Source of the DNA: a virus
Length of the DNA stretch: 44,736 nucleotides
Virus record (IMG/VR): IMGVR_UViG_3300037466_001855
Location: 1 to 44,736 of that record
Strand: one strand, 5' to 3'
Of this stretch, positions 40,936-44,736 are shown piece by piece. A program made the translations under genes and the position numbers. The notes under the pieces were generated by a model, which saw only the letters and a program-made list of their open reading frames with translations, did not search any database and was not told the DNA's origin. Numbering within the stretch: position 1 is the stretch's first letter; the number at the start of each line of letters is the position of its first letter.

Positions 40936-41151
40936 TTATGTAACCTTCTGGCTTTCTCGGCACTCATGATTTCCGTTCGCACGCTGAAACCTTGCTGAAA
41001 CAGAGCGGACGCCGTCGATATAGCCTTCTAACCACTTGTAGGCTGCGTCGTTAGTAACGCTTCCGGAACGAAGTCGGTCATAAGCGTTCATCAGGTCACC
41101 AACGGCGTTGTACCAATTTGTGCAGCACTTACATGCTTTGTTGTCACTCAT
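40936..41151 (-). CDS. Hypothetical 71-aa protein
   Basis: It has the same aaggagtttttATGagtga initiation cassette as 40895. Confidence 0.55.
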   Translation of the reverse strand: MSDNKACKCCTNWYNAVGDLMNAYDRLRSGSVTNDAAYKWLEGYIDGVRSVSARFQRANGNHECRESQKVT

Positions 41152-41188
41152 AAAAACTCCTTTAAAATCAGCTACAGGTTACAGTTGC

Positions 41189-41587
41189 CTAATTAGTAAT
41201 CTGACAGTTAACGCTCACGTTGAAATCACAACGCGAGTTAATACCATTACTGGTATACGCGCCGGGCGGTAGCAGCGCCGTGAATCCTCCATTTGCAGAA
41301 TAAGTTGCATATAGTTTGTTATTCACGCAAAACGCATATTCAATAAACGTCGTAGGATAAACGGGACTGCCGGGGCAGAGCTTAACCATTGTGACAGGCG
41401 TTGCATCCACACCTGCTGGACCTCTATCACCAGTCGGGCCAGTTGATCCTGTTGCACCTGTAGGGCCTTGAATGCCTGGAGCTCCGTTCAAGCCATCAAC
41501 GCCAGGATCGCCCTTTTCGCCTCTCATCTGTCCACAATTTGATACTGCAAAGAGAGTCAGCACTAATAATGAGATTGGGTACTTCAT
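41189..41587 (-). CDS. Secreted collagen-triple-helix-repeat protein
   Basis: The signal is MKYPISLLVLTLFAVSNC. It is followed by 12 uninterrupted G-X-Y triplets (GEKGDPGVDGLNGAPGIQGPTGATGSTGPTGDRGPAG). Confidence 0.75.
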   Translation of the reverse strand: MKYPISLLVLTLFAVSNCGQMRGEKGDPGVDGLNGAPGIQGPTGATGSTGPTGDRGPAGVDATPVTMVKLCPGSPVYPTTFIEYAFCVNNKLYATYSANGGFTALLPPGAYTSNGINSRCDFNVSVNCQITN

Positions 41588-41596
41588 ACTACTTCC

Positions 41597-42481
41597 TTAC
41601 TGATTTACAGACACACCGTCTTTGTTGATGGCGATTAGAATCGACTTAAAAGGGCTGTCAGGCTTTACGGTTGACACGTTGTATGCTGAGACGTGAGGCA
41701 TGGTAATTGGCGCGTCGTGCTCCTCGTAATCACCACTAAAATACTGCAAGTTGGTTAGGCCTGGATTGAAAGTGTCGAGCATAACTGGGATAGAACCGAG
41801 CTCACTCGTTGCATTCATTCTCATGCCGCCAAACATAAGAGTGTTATCGTACTTAGGGAAGTTTGCTGCCATTCCAGCAACACAACCCGCGTCTAAGTAG
41901 AAGTCTCCGGTGTACACGAAGTCTAGGGCGACAGAGCGGCCACCGACCGAGAAGCCCAGGCCAAAGTTAGTCAGGTTCACGGACTTAAAGTAATCCTTCG
42001 CCATGTCTTGATAGCGTAGGTCGTAACTCCAGCCGTCGTGATTACCTGCAACTTGAATCACCTTGGCATTGATCTGTGCAATGAACGCATTCAAGTGAGC
42101 CCAATCGGCGTGGAACGTTTGAGCACTCGATTCGTCTTGAGCGCCGTAAATGCTATCGCCACCTAAGACCACAATGTCAGCGTTTTGCGCGTTGATGTAA
42201 GCTGCAAGGCTTGGAATCTGGCCAGGATTATTGCTAATAATCTCGTATAAATGGCCTACAACCAAGATCTTGAGCTCTGGTCCATCAAACGCGACGTCAA
42301 AGAAAGTGTTGTCACCGTACGGACGAAGGTCTTGAGTGATGTTGTGACCCAGTGCTCTGAAGTCAGCGGAAGTGCGTTGCAGAGGTACGGTGATGTAAGA
42401 TACGCCGCCTTTGTGCTTACCGCATGACTGCGTAAGAGCTGCAAGTACGACTAACAGGCATGAGGTGATTAAGGTTCGCAT
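41597..42481 (-). CDS. Calcineurin-like metallophosphoesterase, probable lipoprotein
   Basis: The signal is MRTLITSCLLVVLAALTQSC. Motifs are VVLGGDSIYG (GD) and VAGNHDGW (GNHD). Confidence 0.6.
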   Translation of the reverse strand: MRTLITSCLLVVLAALTQSCGKHKGGVSYITVPLQRTSADFRALGHNITQDLRPYGDNTFFDVAFDGPELKILVVGHLYEIISNNPGQIPSLAAYINAQNADIVVLGGDSIYGAQDESSAQTFHADWAHLNAFIAQINAKVIQVAGNHDGWSYDLRYQDMAKDYFKSVNLTNFGLGFSVGGRSVALDFVYTGDFYLDAGCVAGMAANFPKYDNTLMFGGMRMNATSELGSIPVMLDTFNPGLTNLQYFSGDYEEHDAPITMPHVSAYNVSTVKPDSPFKSILIAINKDGVSVNQ

Positions 42482-42675
42482 ACACTCCTCCTTTGTCCGT
42501 TGTTATGAGGGTAACGTAGACTGACGTTGACTCATATTACTTTTAGAATTATATTTAACTTAAGTACGCTAACAGTCCATCTGAGGTTCATCAGTGATGA
42601 GCATTGCAGAGCCATCGCTATAGACGAACCACCATTCGTTGTTGTCCATTATGGTTATGTAAAGATCTTCGTTGA

Positions 42676-42921
42676 TCACGCTGCCTCCAGTTGAGATTCA
42701 AGCCATGCCTTTGCGATGATGACCATACAGCGCTGGTACACGCGTTCGCAGTACTCGCTCAGTGGGTGACATTCGTGGTCGTTGCCGTCTTGATCAACTT
42801 CCACAATGAAAGCGTTCTCGGCCAACTCTTGTGGACTTGATCCGCCTGTCATGAGCTCGAATTGGCGGAATTCTCCGGAGTCATTGCAAAGGCCTGTGTC
42901 TTGAGTGATCTCGATGTACAT
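42676..42921 (-). CDS. Acidic 81-aa hypothetical protein (trimmed)
   Basis: The ATG at 42921 follows aaggagg. The longer track ORF overlaps the HNH gene. Confidence 0.55.
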   Translation of the reverse strand: MYIEITQDTGLCNDSGEFRQFELMTGGSSPQELAENAFIVEVDQDGNDHECHPLSEYCERVYQRCMVIIAKAWLESQLEAA

Positions 42922-42922
42922 A

Positions 42923-43372
42923 TTAAGCAACCTCCTTCGCCTTACGGCGATAATAGGTCTTTCGGTTACTCTCTCGGTTGCACACCTTACACTGTCTGCC
43001 TCCGCCACGATCCTTACGAACGTAAGTATTCTCTTCGTTGTATTCGTGGCCCTTTGAACAATGTGTCTTGACTTGGTTAGCGTGACGGCCTTTAGCAACC
43101 ATATCGCTAACATTGTCTTGCTGTGTCCCGATGAACAGGTGCGAAGGGTTTACACAGAGCTTGTTGTCGCAAGTGTGGCAAACAGTCCAACCATCTGATA
43201 GCATGCCTACGAAGAACACGACGGCCAATCTATGCGCTAGCTTGTATTCACCGTTAACCCACAACACTCCGTAACCCGAACCGCTAACTGTGCCAGTCCA
43301 TTGCCAACATCCGTTAGCTAACTTGTTAATCCGACTGTCGAAGCGTTCGCGTGCTGGAATTGACTTAGGCAT
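42923..43372 (-). CDS. HNH homing-type endonuclease
   Basis: The core is WTVCHTCDNKLCVNPSHLFIGTQQDNVSDM. C-terminal HCSKGH...CKVC zinc knuckles follow. Confidence 0.85.
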   Translation of the reverse strand: MPKSIPARERFDSRINKLANGCWQWTGTVSGSGYGVLWVNGEYKLAHRLAVVFFVGMLSDGWTVCHTCDNKLCVNPSHLFIGTQQDNVSDMVAKGRHANQVKTHCSKGHEYNEENTYVRKDRGGGRQCKVCNRESNRKTYYRRKAKEVA

Positions 43373-43373
43373 A

Positions 43374-43481
43374 TTAAACTCCCATCGCTAACAATCGAGC
43401 CAAGGTCACACGGCGCGAGCGCATATGAGCACGGCCATGGTAGTCCATGACGTTGATTAAGAAGCGTTTGTAGAACCACAT
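43374..43481 (-). CDS. 35-aa micro-ORF, not in the track
   Basis: The sequence is MWFYKRFLINVMDYHGRAHMRSRRVTLARLLAMGV. SD aaaggagc lies 5 nt upstream. The stop is arranged TAAtATG with the HNH start. Confidence 0.45.
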   Translation of the reverse strand: MWFYKRFLINVMDYHGRAHMRSRRVTLARLLAMGV

Positions 43482-43482
43482 A

Positions 43483-43650
43483 TTAAGCTCCTTTGCGTTT
43501 CATCAGTTCGTAAGTAACCCAGTCACGATAGAATCCGTCTTTACAGAGCACCCAACCAGCTAAGGCGTTGTGCTCTAGGTCTGGGTGATTAGCTTCATTT
43601 GGGAACTCTGCTAACCAGATCTCGATTAATTGTGCTTTGGTGTACTTCAT
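43483..43650 (-). CDS. 55-aa micro-ORF, not in the track
   Basis: The sequence is MKYTKAQLIEIWLAEFPNEANHPDLEHNALAGWVLCKDGFYRDWVTYELMKRKGA. SD gggagtga is upstream. TAAtATG junction with the next ORF. Confidence 0.5.
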   Translation of the reverse strand: MKYTKAQLIEIWLAEFPNEANHPDLEHNALAGWVLCKDGFYRDWVTYELMKRKGA

Positions 43651-43652
43651 AA

Positions 43653-43742
43653 TCACTCCCAAACTGCTGCTACAGCTAGCGCTGCAAGGCTCATGTATCC
43701 AATCCAGACAAGGACAGACGTGGTGAAGTAAAGGGTTAACAT
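43653..43742 (-). CDS. 29-aa hydrophobic micro-ORF, not in the track
   Basis: The sequence is MLTLYFTTSVLVWIGYMSLAALAVAAVWE. SD aaaggagc is upstream. It is tightly packed between neighbours. Confidence 0.45.
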   Translation of the reverse strand: MLTLYFTTSVLVWIGYMSLAALAVAAVWE

Positions 43743-43743
43743 G

Positions 43744-44043
43744 TTAGGCTCCTTTCACTTGAGCGGTAACGATCAGATGTGGGTTACGACAGCCATTGCA
43801 AAGACCATCCTTGAGGAAATACGACTTCATTTGGATGCCGCATTGACCGCATTCTTGGTTATTAGTAATCGGAGCTTTCAGGCCCGCATCACACAGCGCG
43901 TGGACCTTCTTAGACTTCGATACAGTTTTAGCCCGCTCAAACTTAGAGTCGTAAGTCATCGGGCATCCCATCGTCTGTCTGAATTGGGAGAGATTTAAAA
44001 GCTTGGTAACTTCTTCCCAGATTTCACGCTTAGTCTTAGTCAT
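43744..44043 (-). CDS. Cys-rich 99-aa protein, first gene of the leftward operon from the junction region
   Basis: Motifs are CGQCG and CNGC. SD taggagttctta is upstream. Confidence 0.6.
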   Translation of the reverse strand: MTKTKREIWEEVTKLLNLSQFRQTMGCPMTYDSKFERAKTVSKSKKVHALCDAGLKAPITNNQECGQCGIQMKSYFLKDGLCNGCRNPHLIVTAQVKGA

Positions 44044-44179
44044 AAGAACTCCTATTACCGAATCACGACTGTGTAACCGAGAGCTATGAGCTTGTTTAGG
44101 GCTTTCAGGCTAATCTTGGTTACTATTACCGTTCGCTGCATACGGTAATACATAGTAGCATACGTTATGCCAACAAATA

Positions 44180-44196
44180 GTACAATAATATCGTAC
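44180..44196. promoter_or_regulatory. GTAC-N9-GTAC element GTACAATAATATCGTAC upstream of the 44043 operon
   Basis: It has the same spacing and AT-rich centre as the other family members. No clear TTGAC is correctly placed on the minus strand. Confidence 0.35.
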
Positions 44197-44599
44197 GTGG
44201 TGCAGATTGACTCATGTAGAACTTATAGGCAGTTTTGAAATAAGAGCAGTTTAAAATGGCGGATTGGGCCGTGGGAACGTGGGGATATGTGCAGTGTAAA
44301 ACTTATAGTGACACACTGAGGCTGGTATCGCTGCCTGGACGTAATAACGAGAGCTCCGCCGTTAGCCCTATTCCAATAGCGTACGAGAGCTCGTAAAGCC
44401 TGCTAAACGCGGCTAATGGGCAGGCTAGGTTATAACGTATTAGAGACGATAGAGAGCACGTTACAATTCCTACAAATGTAACATCGCTATGTAATCATTA
44501 AACAATCACTAGCTAATACTGTGGTCTAGGCATGCTATGAGCTACGTTATAGCTAGGGCTTAGACCACGCCCTGCCTTGCCCTTGCTATGCCCCTAGAC

Positions 44600-44625
44600 G
44601 GGGCGGTGAGGGGGTGGGGTGGGGG
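44600..44625 (+). other. Canonical G-quadruplex motif GGGGcggtgaGGGGGtGGGGtGGGGG
   Basis: Four G-runs of 4 or more with loops of 6, 1 and 1 nt. It straddles the start of the terminal repeat, and three of the runs recur at 1-16. Confidence 0.6.
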
Positions 44626-44736
44626 ACGAATTTGATTTAAAATATATCCATATACACATCCGCACATAATTTTTTGCTATTTTTTACGGCCTAATTCCAG
44701 ACATTTAGGGCTAGTGGCTATCTCAAATATATGCGT
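44610..44736. repeat. Terminal direct repeat copy 2, identical to 1-127
   Basis: See copy 1. Confidence 0.95.

Noticed and set aside
42676-43113. 145-aa version of the ORF overlapping the HNH endonuclease gene
   Set aside because: The N-terminal 64 codons overlap the well-supported HNH gene out of frame and are Arg-rich. An internal ATG at 42921 has a perfect aaggagg SD and leaves a 1-nt gap after the HNH stop.
42923-43372. HNH endonuclease as a dedicated cos-cleavage partner of terL (as in HK97-like phages)
   Set aside because: It is about 2.1 kb from terL across the junction and on the opposite strand, inside an early small-gene operon. A free-standing homing-type HNH is the simpler reading. 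It cannot be excluded without terminus mapping.
1-44736. CRISPR array, reverse transcriptase (retron/DGR), toxin-antitoxin pairs of standard types, and IS/transposase elements
   Set aside because: The only interspersed repeats are the GTAC-N9-GTAC promoter elements. These are kilobases apart and lie in front of genes, not in a regularly spaced array. No YxDD reverse-transcriptase motif, DDE transposase or classic TA pair was recognised in any ORF.

Overview
The window is a complete dsDNA phage genome. Bases 1-127 are identical to 44610-44736, so the unique length is 44609 bp and the contig closes into a circle (or has a short terminal repeat).

Layout:
- 128-840 has no convincing ORF.
- 841-18979 (+) is the virion operon. 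In order: large terminase, portal, a GT-A glycosyltransferase, scaffold, major capsid, adaptor/tail/fibre-like genes, a small GNAT, and Gly/Ala/Gln-rich internal-virion-like proteins. One secreted Cys-rich gene is inserted antisense.
- 18961-30547 (-) is the replication/recombination operon. It holds a membrane-protein pair, a DEDD exonuclease, a Zn-ribbon plus sigma-region-4-like protein, a DnaG-type primase and an Hjc-like resolvase. It also holds a DnaB/RecA-fold helicase, an SLT transglycosylase, a PagL-like outer-membrane lipid A deacylase, a family A DNA polymerase and a Cas4-like nuclease.
- 30548-30894 is a divergent control region.
- 30895-34310 (+) is an accessory/lysis operon: lipoprotein, secreted trypsin-like protease, RNA-ligase-like enzyme, HTH protein, M15 peptidase, HExxH peptidase.
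- 34649-44043 (-) contains a GT-B glycosyltransferase operon, an arm-type tyrosine integrase and a second 175-aa tyrosine recombinase. It also holds a GC-rich ORF-free structured segment, a collagen-repeat protein, a metallophosphoesterase lipoprotein, an HNH endonuclease and a train of micro-genes.
- 44044-44609 is ORF-free.

I found no tRNA, rRNA, CRISPR array, reverse transcriptase, recognisable small terminase or tape-measure gene. Lipoproteins, an OMP with C-terminal Phe and SD-type ribosome sites point to a diderm host.

Most interesting signals:
1. A recurrent GTAC-N9-GTAC palindrome embedded in TTGAC/TACANT promoters. Four of these place a start codon 6-8 nt after the -10, which predicts leaderless mRNAs.
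2. A roughly 190-nt multi-helix GC-rich candidate RNA at 40509-40692.
3. An unusually large set of envelope-directed cargo genes.

All functional calls come from motif recognition by eye, not database searches. Coordinates of elements not in the ORF track were derived by hand and may be off by 1-2 nt.
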